64,000 nucleotides of DNA from Tubulanus polymorphus (GCF_964204645.1 NC_134029.1:17478950-17542949), one strand, 5' to 3'. Positions 25,650-39,200 are shown, numbered from the stretch's first letter. Made by a program: numbers and translations. Notes: generated by a model from the letters alone, not told the origin.

Positions 25650-26679
25650 CTACACTCGGTTTCCTAAACGATGACAACTCAAAAACGAAATTAGAGTTTC
25701 TCCAAAACCTCTTCGAATTACTAAATAAACGAATAAATTTATCATAGCATTGATAGCGTGTAACAACTGACCCGAATGATACGGACGATATTCTGATCCA
25801 TCAGGTAAAATCGCCGGTAACACTGTATTTATTAAAGCCATTCCATATTCAACCACAAATACTACATTTAAAGCTAATATTGTCAAAGTTATTTGTCGTC
25901 CTTGTTTACTATTTGTCGAATCTTCATCTTTGACGTCGATTTGTTGGAGTTTGTGTCGCTGTCGAGCAGCTAACCGAACCAAAGCCGCCATATGTAGATT
26001 ACAACAAAAAAACAATCAAACCCGGAATAAACTGCAACACAACTTTACCGAATATAAAATCGTAATACAATGCATATTCTTTATTCTGAAGCAGGAGTTT
26101 CCTTCTCGAAATATAACGACAAGGTTGATCGGGCATCTCCACGTATGTTTTAAAATCCCAGATTGTTGGTAGATCGAAAATAAAAGTAAGAATCCAAATT
26201 GCAACAGAAACACGAAATGCATTTCGAATCGTGCAAATATTCCTAGCAGACAGTGGGAATCTAATAGCTACATAGCGGTCTAAACTTAACGCGAACAGTA
26301 GCCACGAACTGGTGGTCGTAGTCATTTGGAAGATGGCGTCTATGTAAAGAAAGATATGACGAACATATTGCTGATAAATGTGATTGTAGCGAATATATTC
26401 CAACGGGAAGCGCCTAGAGACCAACTCGCGTCCGAACAAACCGGTTAGACAGTTCACGGTATCAGCTACAGCGAGCATCTCTAAATATAGAATACTGCTA
26501 CCTCTAAGTTTCATCAAATGGAGAACAATGAACGCGAGACAGTTAGAGATGATACCGATTGTATAAAGTATACCACGCGTTAGTATCATGCTCGACTTGT
26601 ACGATAAGATCGTACCTGATCCATCACAGAATGTACCACAACAAATCAGCCAAGGATCTACTGTTTCGTTCAGTGTCAT
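25650..26679 (-). pseudogene. Tandem copy B of the intronless GPCR, split by a +1 frameshift (pseudogene or assembly error)
   Basis: ORFs 25999-26679 and 25650-26015 together match copy A almost residue for residue. An A7 run at 26006-26012 corresponds to A6 at 23708-23713 in copy A. No other lesion seen. Confidence 0.85.
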
Positions 26680-27354
26680 TGTTTTTGATTGCGATGAGAA
26701 AAGTGTTAGAGAAACCAGTCACTCGATTCGTACTGATGCGACACTGTCTGTTTCTTCATGTTCGCTTTAGTTTCGAAGAAACTCTATAATCATCTTGTGC
26801 GCAGTCATATAGATGTGCGGGCTCATCGCCACAGTTTGCCACAACAGGCTGTAATTTCTAAAACTGTAGGCTTCTATGTGTGCATGGTGTACGTATCAGT
26901 TCTATCGTCAGTTCTATGAGAAGCTTTAAAGATTTTACACTTTTAATGCTCAATTCATTTCGAGTTTTAGTGTATGACATAATACACGTATACTGATTCT
27001 GCGCGATCGGGAATTCTTTTGGTAGAAAATTTGCCACTAAACAAAACACAATATGAAACTTGAACGATATAGCGGGTATTGTTAGTGAATAGACAAAGTT
27101 ATCACCACACAGCTCACTGGTCACCACTGACCAGACAACCCTCCCACCATCGACAGTCACTCTTGATCTACGGTCTATTAGCACGTTCAATTTGCATGCA
27201 GGAGGTTTCAGGTTAAAGATCCGCTAAGGTTACTTTCGACCTGTCTTTTTGGACTATTTTGTCATCATAATCTTTTTTGAATGCAATCCCGGTCCTGTGC
27301 TTCTGAGATTGTGATGATACTGATTCTGAGTTGTCCTGATGCTGAATAGAGGAT

Positions 27355-27415
27355 AGATATAGGATTGCCCCAGGTTCGAACCCGGTCTATTTGATGCCGA
27401 GTGACCTACTAAGCT
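27355..27415 (-). mobile_element. tRNA-derived SINE head remnant (duplicated at ~25015-25075)
   Basis: Minus strand has a B-box-like GGGTTCGAACC; no complete cloverleaf. Confidence 0.4.
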
Positions 27416-27589
27416 TTTAACGCATTGCTCATTTCCTAAAAAATGATACAACAGATTCATAAACAAATCCTAGTCACAGGAACCATCAATTGATAGTCAA
27501 ATCTGAAAAATCGATTCCCTGCAGACATACGTAAGGTTATCAAATATCAAATAAACAGCTATCAAAATATCCCTTTATTGGATAAACGA

Positions 27590-27762
27590 ATCATTTTCAC
27601 GCATGAAAACAAAATTAGTAAGACCGTGGTTAGAAACAATCAATCTAAACCTTTGGACTGCGGAGTTTACAAAATTCCTTGTTTTGGCGGTGATAAAATT
27701 TACTTTTGAGAAACTGGTCGTGAATTAAAAACTCGAATTTCGGAACACAAAAAGGATACAAC
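27590..27762 (+). mobile_element. Penelope-like element GIY-YIG endonuclease fragment (decayed)
   Basis: Translates ..KPLDCGVYKIPCFGGDKIYF*ETGRELKTRISEHKKD, matching the PLE motif GVYxIPC..YIGETGR.L..R..EH, with an in-frame stop. Confidence 0.85.
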
Positions 27763-28612
27763 AAGATGGCGGATAGCATGAAGTGACGGAGTGTTTGTCG
27801 TCTACAAAATTGAGATTGTTTTGAGTGATTCTGGTGATATAAAGAACCCTGTTACAGGACAGAACATTCATCTCGCGTTGGCACTGGCTGTGCAGTAAAT
27901 ATTAGACCTGCGGTGTCGCGATTAACGCTAGAAACATAGTCTTACGGTTCTTGGTTTGGACTTGGCTAATTTCTATACACCGACACCAGTGGACACTGTA
28001 TATAAACAGAATATTGCTTAAATTTCGTCACGCTTGAGTGGGTATCGAGTTGATCCACAATGAACCACTGTCGCCAACAAACGTTAAGAACGACCATCGA
28101 GCTCTTCATCGTCAGATAGTGAACTAACCCCAACTAAACCTAAGTCTAAAACAGTAAAGTTAATTGGCGAGAACATCAACGAACAAATATTAGAAGAACA
28201 TAGAATGGATCAGAATCAGAAAACTCTAGAGTACCTAGATATCGAATCCAGTCGCATTTCCCGGGCTCAACCAGTAATATCGATGTGTGAAGGATGTGGC
28301 AAATTAGCCCTTTCTTAAAGATGTGCTTGATAAAGTCAATATTCTCCCTAGCGTAGACCGTAAAGTAGAAAGTCTGGACCAAAGATAGAGAACATCGCGC
28401 GCAGACACCTCCGGTGCTCATTAGTATCATAAGTACCCATTTAAATAATGGCTTTCTCCGCGCAATTCCCTTATTTCTAAGTATATTGCTTCATGCCTTG
28501 CCAAACACTAATTATTTGCTAACTCTCCCACCAATTTACTCAATTAACCTGTTCTTCTCTGTATATATACCCCTGTTTTTAGTCTATAGGCCTATCTCAC
28601 ACCTGACGATGA

Positions 28613-30030
28613 TAGTAATAGGGAATAAGTTGTTTCAGGCCAGAGGTCGAGAGGTCGAGCTCACTCAACCTCTCTCCCTCTGACCTGAAACAACTTATTC
28701 CCTATTTCTTCTAATAATTTCATATTCATGAACATTATTTACATGAATTTCATATATTTTAAAATGAATTATATATTAATCATAAAAGTGTGAGTAAAGT
28801 GTGAGTGAAATAATTCATATTTAAAACATTGAATATTTATATTTATATGTGTTAGATTCTTGATTTTTAAACATAAAAAGTGTGAGTAAAGCGTGAGTGA
28901 AATAATTCATATTTTAACATTGAATAATTGTATGAGTTACATTTATTTTAATAAAAGTTTTGTTATAAAAATGAAGACAGAAGAAGAACCTAAATTCAAA
29001 ATCGAAATAAAAGAAACTGATAAATTATTTTCACAGTTTAACATTAAAGATTATATCTCAGCGACAAATTTAGTGTATGAGAGGCATTATAAAATTGATA
29101 ATACTACTGTAATTAATCAAATATTATCAAATGAAACATATTTAATTACTGAACTTATCGATACTTTTGATAATGGCGCTAAAAATCCTAATATATTTAA
29201 TATAGTTTTAAATTGTAAAGGTAATTTAGATGAAAACACAATAAATATACTTCAAACTCCTTTTAATGAAAGAGATAGTGATTTAATAATTTCGAAAGGT
29301 TGCAATGATTTGATTAACTTAAGAATTGAAAAAAGACAATTATATTATTTCAATTTTGATAATTAACAAATTATCTATAATGAAAATTCATCGAATATTG
29401 GAATTCAATGTGAATCAGTTAATGAAAAATCATTCAAAGATATTGCAGTTCAATGTAAGTTAGATGATGAATTTAGAAAATTCAATCCTATCCTATGGAA
29501 ATCGTGGCTCATATCTACTTTCGTGTTCGCTCCGATCTTCACCTGAAGTCACTCGAGTTTGTCACGTTTGTTGTCTTTCATCTGTAAATTTTTCTATACA
29601 GCGAAATGATTTCAGCACACTCTTCATAAGTAATTTAGCAATTATCAACGTTTGATAGATGACACCACAATATTCAAATAACAACCATCTAAAAGCTTGC
29701 GCTAACTTGGTCAACGTCAACGTCTACAATAAAACTATTCCGATTCCCAGTCCCCAGGCGTAATATTTCATGTAAAAATGTAAGAGAACACCGATCTCTT
29801 AGCTCTTTAAAAAGTAATCAGCTCAAAGTTCGATTAATTCTACTACAGAAATACAAAACCACAAAGCTTTCAATACAACCATGTCAGCAAGCCCATTTTT
29901 AGAATTTCTTTCTTATGTAAACTTAGTACCCCCAATCTCTAACTGCCACTAGAAACCGTATTTTCAACCCTATTGTACATATCGACGATTACAAGTGCCC
30001 TCTGTGTAAAAGAATAGTTATTTGTGTTAG
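28613..30030 (+). mobile_element. Unclassified AT-rich inserted element starting with a 90-nt hairpin and carrying a decayed ORF
   Basis: Hairpin 28617-28706; doubled (aaagtgtgagt)2 blocks at ~28785 and ~28877; ORF from 28971 continues in frame past a single TAA at 29364-29366; YKCPLCKR remnant at ~29990. Right boundary uncertain. Confidence 0.5.
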
Positions 30031-32424
30031 GAAGGGTTATATCTAAAGCTGTACATCTATATGTATATAGCTGTAATAAGTAACACTGTTATTTCTGTTT
30101 GTTGTATTAAAGAGGTAATTGTGTTATTCAATTTGTAATTTTTCTACAGCGTTTAAATCTGTAATATTTCTAATAATAGGTATTTCAAAAGCGTTATTTA
30201 AAGGACTTAAAAAAGTTACGCATATTTACTTTATATACTTTAAAAAGATTGGCCAGTTGTTCAGGGCCGGCGGAAGCAAGTTGAGATTGGCTCATATCTC
30301 ACGGCGCGAGGTATCAACGCGCAAAAAAAAATTGCGTCCGTTTCTTTTTCGAGGGGTTCTGGATATATAATTTCCCCAGGAGATACTTTTTTAGTGATTC
30401 CATTTCAAAGGCTCTAGAGCGATTTGAGACGATCGTTTTCCGGTATCATGATTCAGGTTGATTGAGTCACTTTGTTTATAAATGTTCCGGATAGTAATGT
30501 TTTAGACGCAGCTGTTTCATATTCGATCACAAAATACGTTTTCACCAACAGTAGCAGGCCTAGCTGAGTTTTTTTGAATAACCTTCATAAAATAAATCAT
30601 GGGCAAAATATTTGGCACGGCTAAAGCCACTTCGGTTATATAGCGTGATGTTGTATTTTCGCACTAGGTAGCGTAAGTTGAAAATGAAGTTCTTTCGTTG
30701 TTGGGCATTTCAAAAGACCGTCGTTGGTAGTCGAGTTATTGGTTTCTTTTCCGTGCCACATTTTGGGAACACGGATAAATTGATTTTTGAACTCGGGTAA
30801 TTTCATATAGATGGCGGATAGATAAACATAGATACGTAAATGTCGCTAGGGAATTAATGATGTTTTTACAATATCGGAAAAATTCGTCGGACTGAAGAAT
30901 CGACCTTACAGATTGCCCGGATCGCTGGTTCGGCTACCGTGCACTGAGACGCCCCAACGATCAGGAAGAAAATAAGAGAGTGTACGTGTGAGTTGGCCTA
31001 CCTTCAGGGTAGTTAAATGAGTCTTTTTCTGGTGAACAGTGACACAATTATAATATGAAGAAGATGAACTGCAAATGATGGATGGAGGCCTTGTCTTGAC
31101 CAACGGTATGATTTTACCTAATCAATAAAACAAAATGATTTGCAGTGGCGAAGGGAATCACCCAAAATATTTTCGATGGCAAAAAAATAACGAATGCAGG
31201 GGTAGCGTAACTGTCTAAATTATTCCAAATGATTTAGTGTCTCTTATGACTGCTTAACCCCGAAGTGTCGTAGGTGTCGGAGTGCGAGCTTCTTCAGCAG
31301 ACCGGATGATTTGACGTTTCAAACACAGTGTTTCCGATCAGCAAAAATTACCGGCATCACCACCCCCGAGCCGATTGAATTAACTTGTTCGCCATAATGA
31401 AAAAGCAAAACAAATTCTACATTATGGATTTTCGTATGGTTCGATGATTTTCTTCAATGATTCAGTTTTCAACCCCGATTATCAATAATAAGAAAACGCC
31501 CTCAAATCACAAACATTGTTCATACCTATTTGTTCTTTGGGCTTGAGGACTGGTCAAATGTAATTATGCGATGAAGGTTGGGGTAGCCAGACAGTATCTT
31601 AGACATAATCTTAGAAATTATAATTCATTATTCAATTAGGAATAAGTATAAGATATGGGTTACTTTTTTGTTAACTACTATTTTAAAGTAGTGGTATTGA
31701 AGGTGCTGTCGCTATCGTGTTGGGGTGGAGACAGTACGGGGTATCATAGACTAAAGCGCTAAAATGTATATTTTGACCTGCACGGAATCACACATTTTTT
31801 TTTCATCCTGCTGTGAGTAGTCAGAAGTTATTTTCTGTGAGATAACCTCAAATTGGAAAATGAAATTGCCCTAATATCTCCCCAGGATAGCCCTTCAAAA
31901 GAATTTGCAATACATTTTTCATGTTACGTATATTTTCGGATTAATATCAGAGAAATATCAATGAATCATTGAAATATTTATTATATTTGTTCCTTAAAGA
32001 ACAAAGTTCACGGAAAAAAAGTTAGCACGAAGTAAATCTTTATCTATCGAACATGTGTATGCAGTGAAAATGAAATGAACAAGAACAAATTCATAATATA
32101 CATATATTAGAAACTTTATTTTCAAAGAAGAATACTTTTATGACAAGTACATAATTAACAATATCTAGTACAAAGATAGCCGCAAACAAGGATAATGTGG
32201 ACATTGGTACGGATAGTAGAGAGTTTTTCGCATGGGCAGTCCACTCTGCTAGATTTACAGCCTTTAACCTCCTTGGGCTGTCCGTCATAGACTATGATCA
32301 TATTTTGTTTATTGCATAATTAGTGTTAATCTTGTAATGTACATACGGTAATGCTTAGTTTTGTACTTGCATTATGTATAGTTCTATGAAAATAAATCAA
32401 TATAAAAAAGAGGTCTTCTACCTA

Positions 32425-32934
32425 CTATCCGTATAGGAAATAACAGATTACATTGTATCTGTAGTTATAAATTAACAGACTCCCGTTTGACTTAAATTCA
32501 TTATCTATAGATTGATTATACCATACACTGCCGTAACCCAAATTACACAAAAGGACTCTCACTTGAGATGTCCAATTGATTAAGTGTGGTTGACTATGTT
32601 TATCAGCTGGCATTACATCGTATAAATGTCGGGTTAATTTGCTTGTCTTAGCTTTCAATATCTTTGCCCAATACTTTATGATTTGTATTTGGGATTGTGC
32701 AAACAGCGGAAAAATACCAAATTCGCCATAGACAAAGAAATCCGGCGTAGTTTGGTGAACTCCCATTAGTACTTTACAGTACTTAGTCACTATTCTCTCC
32801 AATTTCTGCTGATATTTGAAACCAAATATTTCACACTTGTACTGAAGCACAGGTACAACCATGCTTTTAAAAAATTTCAAGGCTAACTCCGCCGTAATAT
32901 TTAGTAATTTTTGTGCATTTTCCAAAAAATGCAT
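32425..32934 (-). mobile_element. LINE ORF2 fragment downstream of the RT core (CR1/L2 group)
   Basis: LKFFKSMVVPVLQYKCEIFG..LERI..KYCKVLMGV..TP..FVYGEFG..PL..KYW, a typical post-RT region. Confidence 0.85.
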
Positions 32935-34124
32935 AATGGTGTGCTACTCCTTTATTCAAGATGACAAATTCAGTTCCCTTGTAATTTTGTGCCACTGCTC
33001 AAATGACTGAATTGATTAACTAGGGCCATCATGGTTTGAGTATTTCATTGTTCATTCGTGTTTTGAACATATGTTGGAAGCGGAGGTAAAAAAAATCAGC
33101 GATTCCAAATGATTCAGCTCCTCAAACGATAACCACCATATTATATAAGATATTATAACGTCAAAAAGATTTCTGATAGTAATCGATTGAGTATAGGCCT
33201 ACGAACACAGTTTTCTCAATTTCTCATGTCCAATCGATCACTCGGTATAGCTAATGTTCGGCTTAAATCCAACATCATCAGACTCAGTAGGCCGTGCAAC
33301 GGGATATTCGTTTCTATGTTTGAACGAAAACAACGCTTTAAGAGGAGTCTGAAATATCAGCTCGCACAACGCATAGCAGTGCAAATCAATCGATTCGTCG
33401 GATCATTACATAAAAAGGAATCTATTTCCTACTTTTCAGATTTCTACTGAATGCATCGTCAACAAATGAGGACACGTTTGAATTGGCAAATGAAACAATA
33501 TTTCATTACCGATATACATTGTTCTGGCTTTTGGCGAAATATTGATGAATTCTGAATTACACAATGTCCGGTATTATTTTGAAAAACACTATTTCTATTC
33601 GCATGTAGCTCATTTCAGAAAGGGATGCCGTTGTTTTATTTGTTGGCAGCTGTTTTTGTCTTGTACACCGAGCTAGTTGAATAAATAATAAAATCAGAGC
33701 AATTGACATCTGTGTTTGACTAACGGTTACGATTGATTTTTGCAAGTAATTCGGCAGCGAAACACAGACTCTCCGATAATTCAAGATGATATACGCAAGC
33801 AACTACTTAAAACACGTGCCTACGCGTCTTGGAGCGGTATTTCTTAAGTTTACCTTGAAATCTTCTCAGTCCAGAGACTAGTACGGCAATGTTCGATCGA
33901 ACGTCTGATAGCTGATCTTGATCTGACATTGCAGTCAATTTACCAGCTTGGGGTGGGGATTTGAAATGTTGTAAATTCAGACGATCAATTGCTCGAAACG
34001 ATGCTTATTTAACTGCGGGATACACGTATCTCGTGCTGGCCGAAGTTGCCGTTCTGTTTGATATATACATAGCAAGAAAACTAACTTGAATGTTTATTGA
34101 CACCATGAAACATAACACAAATTA

Positions 34125-34400
34125 TACAATATCAAGGATCAATGAAATTATTTCGGATTTTGAATATATCGATGATTGAATTGAACTGACCGGCAACCAG
34201 TCCAGCACCGTGTATTGATGACGTCTATTGGACATCTACCGTGTATTGGACATCTCAAAATGATTAACTTGAAATCTATCAAAAATGAAATATGAGTTAA
34301 GGAATATATTTAATCACAAAAATCGCCAAAATTCACGATATTAATTGAAACGCCAATATTGATGACATGGTGCGCAATGACTTATACAGAAACCACTGAG
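34125..34400. repeat. Dispersed repeat family with related copies at ~1875-1975 (inverted) and ~41430-41700
   Basis: ctgaccggcaaccagt at 34187 is the reverse complement of actggttgccggtcag at ~1877, with colinear flanks; aacgccaatattgatgac is shared between ~34349 and ~41641. Confidence 0.65.
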
Positions 34401-36283
34401 TAGTGCATGCTAGGCCAGGATTGATGTATATTGAAATATGCAATTGAAACCTACAAGGTATATCATTGAAACAGTTTTTACGGCGTTGAAATCACATTCT
34501 TCCATTTCTTGTATTTATAGTCGGCAGAATTCAGCAAGGAGAACATTCTTCCGACAGGAAATGCCTGGAAAGGATGCAAACTTTCTTATGTGACTTTAAT
34601 GAAGATGTCATATGAGTTGAATGGTTGAGAAAAGCGACTTTCTACGCGATACGAGTGGAAAGGATGCTCTCGAGATCCCTGTGAACTTTCCCGCCTGTCG
34701 AGAAGGGCCGAGTGGGTACAGAATCAATTTTATATCAATCAAGTATTAGAAAATACCAATTTCGAAGATAAGTGATTATTTACGTTAATAGAACATGACG
34801 TGAAACTTGACTCATGACCCTTTTTTATTCCGAAATGGTAAAAATACATATGGTAAATTCTTCTCTAAAAAGGAATACAATAAATTCAATCTCTTTGGCA
34901 AGAAATATTTACACAGTTTCTTTAGATTGTTATGACCGATGTGAAATTGAATAATTTTTGGAAAAGATAAAGATAGTAAAATGGGGTTGTTGTGGTGATA
35001 TTTCGCCAATTTAATTCTTGCTTTAGATGACCAGCCATAAGTAGAGGACAATTTTTCTAGAATATAAGGGCGTATTTCAACAAACCAAGCCCAAAATTAC
35101 GGTCGAACTACAGAACAACAGAATAAGTGTCTTCATAGATATGTTTTCCAGTCCCTTTTGGTCCAGTCCGTACTGAAAAAAATGGATTGTATTTTAATAT
35201 TAGCCAAGTTCTGACAATAGATATTATGTAAGATGTTTATATCTCGTATTGTATACACCAAGTATATCATACATATGATGACAATACAAACGTAATATCA
35301 AAGAATATTTCAGTGATTTAGGAATTTAGGGATCTATAAGTGGATACATTTCACTATTTACATAGCTTGACAGGAGTACCTTTTTTAAGAACTCACATTT
35401 TTGGAAATACAACGAAAAGCTTTTGAATTTATTAGAATTTTCAAGGTATGATTTTGATATAATTTGTCACTTTAAGGAGGGGCGTAAGCCCTCCCGCTCA
35501 CCGTCCTCCCCTTGGTTCCACCCCTGGATCCACCTGAGTCTCGATGAATTTTTTCATTGGCATAAGTCATCTTAAAACATCTTGTAAAAAATCGTCGCAA
35601 TGAATGTACGAGATGATTCTGGACGATATTTCATTATGTGCATACGTACTTTTGAATATTCACGAATATCTGTGGCTTGACAAAAATTTATCTTTTTACC
35701 TCATTTGCCTCGTGGAATTGATGTGTTTCCAGTTGCAGCGCATAGTGTAAACAAATAAAAGATTTAGACTCGGTGTATAGTTCTAGTTTTATAGTTTAAC
35801 TCATTCGCCTATATCGCCGTTCAATCCGTGACTGAAAGCAACGTAAAAACGTGTAATCGACAGTAACCCGATCAACATCATCGGTTTCTAGTTATAGACT
35901 GAAATCTACTAACGAGCGAATAAAGTGTCGCTGTTCGCTCAGTGGGAGCACGTTATTCCGAACGGTAAACATTGAAGAGTCGGACTGACTCGATTTCATA
36001 CTATCGGAACTGATGCTCCTTTGAACATCTTGTGGTAGATTCTTCGTTCATTGATTGGCGGCAAGTGATGCGAGTGCGGGAATAGCAAACGTCTTGTTCT
36101 TTTTGAGACACGCATCCGGCTTGTCCTCTTGACGTGAACAGTGAATTTAATGACCGTTCTCGCCGAAGCCACGAAAATCTGTCACGCGGGAGAAACGTGG
36201 TACAATCGTAGTGAGTTTCGGTAACAAAATACGGATACTTTTTAAATTTGTGTGTCCATCTATAAAGAAAAGATACTTTAACA

Positions 36284-39200
36284 ATGGCTGAGACGACAAA
36301 TCTATCAAATACAACGGCATTTCCGAAAAACATTACCGAGGAAAATTCTACAGAGCCTGATCTGGGTGCCCTTATTGGTGTTGGATTTTTGTTTTTTCTC
36401 ATAGACCTTGTTGGACTATTAGGAAACGCCTTGGTAATATACGTTATTTTCAGTGACAGAAAAATGCGAAGTTCGGTGACAAACGTTCTCATCCTGAATC
36501 TAGCGATGGCCGACTTCTTTGTAATGCTTTTTGGTATTCCTGATATCATACAGTTTGTCCGCAACAGAGGCTGGACACTCGGGCAAGACACGTGCAGAGC
36601 AATGAGGTACATAATGACCTCTTCCGTGTATGCGTCAGTGATGACATTAATGGCTCTTTGCGTTGAGAGGTGAGTAGACACGAAAATATCCATGTGTTTC
36701 CGAAATAGTTATATCCTGCCCTTACATCTTGACATGAATTCATATAGCAACATCTTAACAAGTATACCAGAAAAATTCATTTCCATGTGTAAGTTGAAAA
36801 ATAGAAAGAAAAAAGAAAATGATAAAATATGGAGACTTTCCAGTAACATGCCACCTAGTTTATTTTTATCAATTTCTCAGCTCTGGTAAACTCGCCCAAT
36901 TCTATAGAGTCATTCATAAGCCTATTTCTATTCTGTTTATCCAAAACGCAAACACCTGCTTTTTTCTAAATCGAAATATATACGACGGAATTGAGATCGG
37001 GATCTGGAAATGTCAGAAAATCTACGCTAATCAATATAAAGGTCTATATTGACATTTGAATCATCAACATATTACTCTATGGACTTAGTGTTGATATTTC
37101 TCGTGATGGGCGCAGAGTGTATCGTATACCGTCCTGTTCTCTACAACACTTTCCGTGCTTATATCAATGAGTTTTCTCTCATCAAATTCATTTCGCACGA
37201 TGGTCATTACACAACGCTGAGCTCTTGAATTTGCGTACATTCGACGAACGGCACAGAATCGATAGGCCACATTTTTAATAACAAAACTGTGAAGTTTCCA
37301 CAAGTGTGATGTGATATCTCATACGCTGTATGTGCATCCTGTATTTGTAGTATGTTAATTGTGACCCGTACTTTCACCACGCAGTGTTAATTGCGATACT
37401 TGCAATGGGTTTCAATTATGCAGTTGTCATATTAATCATATTATAATTGTTGAATTACATTTGAAGAATTATCAAAACGTCAGATAACTGCGGCAGAGAC
37501 GCAACAAATACGTGGCAATATGAGTGATGGTGTCAATATCTGTCTGCTATTTCCAACAGCTCAGACATGTCCCCATTCACGGATGTATCATTTTAGTCTA
37601 ACAATCTAAATTTCACGATACAGAGATAGGTGCAAGACCAGAGCATTCTGAAATACATGATGTGATATTGCCATCATCTTTATCGAAACCGGGTGCTGGA
37701 CGTGACCAGCCACGCCTGGTCACCAACTTAACTAAACAATCAGTGATCGACGATTGATATCGTGTCTTAAATGGAGAGCAGGTTTTATGAAATTGAATTG
37801 AATGAAGAAAGAACGTTTTGTTTGAACCGCTCCTTTCCCCGTTAGCTAGAACTCAAGATAGAAAATGAGGATGTCTTTTAACGAAAAAGTTCAGCTGCAG
37901 AAAGTTTCAGCTCATGATCACAAAACCGAATCATCAAACTTTCTTGAATTTTATACTCTGTTCCACCGTCTGTGTCAAGTGACATCTGGCAAATTACGTG
38001 TGCATTTGCCATCATGCCAGTTTGTATAACCCTGATGATTTGATTTGATTTGATTTGAACACTTTATTTTTCAAATATAATTTACAGCATAGTGTACAAA
38101 GCATAATACAAAATACAGTAAATTAGACCTGGAGGGGCCTGTAGAAACTAAGGAATAGTTCGTATAAAACAGGTCCCTCAAAAGAGAAAAGAAAAAAAGA
38201 GAAATGCAATAAAGAAAATAATATGCTCACAGTCAACCCTTAACACACAAAATGCAATCGAAGTAAACTATGATAACAGCTTGATTAAGATATAATCATT
38301 TAATAAGCCAGTTATTTTCTGAAATATTCCAAAAACAATAATTTTAGTTCGAATAACTGTATGATAAAATCAAGCACAAAGTTGCTTTCTATAATTTCTT
38401 TGGAACAGTTTAGAATTTTCCATGTTTTTTAGATTTTCACTGATGTTATTCCAAAGTAGAGGGCCGGATACTTTTACTGAAAATTTTCTTCTTAGACTAT
38501 TGAAAGAAAGTGTTTGTAAATCTTGACGTCGCCGAGTATTGTGACTGTGGATTTGAAAATTTTGGTTCCAATAGTTTTCGAATGATTTCGGTAATTCGGA
38601 GTGGACAGATCTGTAGATAAAAGTACCTAGCTGAAGTTTATTAAATATCTTTGAGCTTGAGGATATTAAAAGCTTTGAATATAGGGTCAGTGTGCGCCAA
38701 ATAATCGGAATTAGAAATTAGCCTGATAGCTCTTTTTTGCAATACAATTAATGGCTGAAGTTTATTTTCAAAATTTCGATTAAAAATGCATTAATAATGA
38801 GAGTAATAATGATAATGATAATCATGAAAATCATAATAATGATAACTAACAAACATCGTTTTCTTTAGATTCTAATACAGAGTCCAAACTAAATCACCAA
38901 GCAACACCCGGGATTGCAGTGTAGCTTACTTTAGGAGTAAGAAATTCTCGGTCTAACCCTTGCCCCAGTACCAACTTTAATACCGACCGCATAAATACCG
39001 AGTTTTAGAAGTTGAGAACTTTTCGTTTGAGGAGTGATTGGTCTTTGATCTATGGGGAAATCTGGTCACGTCTTATTTGATATACTTTGAAGCTCTCGTA
39101 AGAAAATCACATCAAAAAGATTTCACAATCTCCTTTCTTTATATATCGATGCCGCGGAAAGGTGAACGTTATGTAAAAAATGCGCGTCTTTTGATAGGGT

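Larger units (their letters stand above)
23267..27505. repeat. Tandem segmental duplication of about 1.9 kb (23267-~25182 vs 25565-~27505) carrying the GPCR and its upstream flank
   Basis: Both copies start aatagatgatgtacacg and end near aaccatcaat..tcaaatct; offset about 2.3 kb; near-identical CDS and flank. Confidence 0.92.

Noticed and set aside
31308-31346. Minus-strand hammerhead-like CTGATCGG-AAACA..TGTTT-GAAACGTC
   Set aside because: The core deviates from CUGANGA at two positions; at best a decayed remnant.
36001-36693. 230-aa minus-strand ORF
   Set aside because: Antisense shadow of GPCR exon 1 with no recognisable domain.
38905-38975. tRNA gene
   Set aside because: Only vaguely tRNA/SINE-like; no valid cloverleaf or intact A/B boxes.
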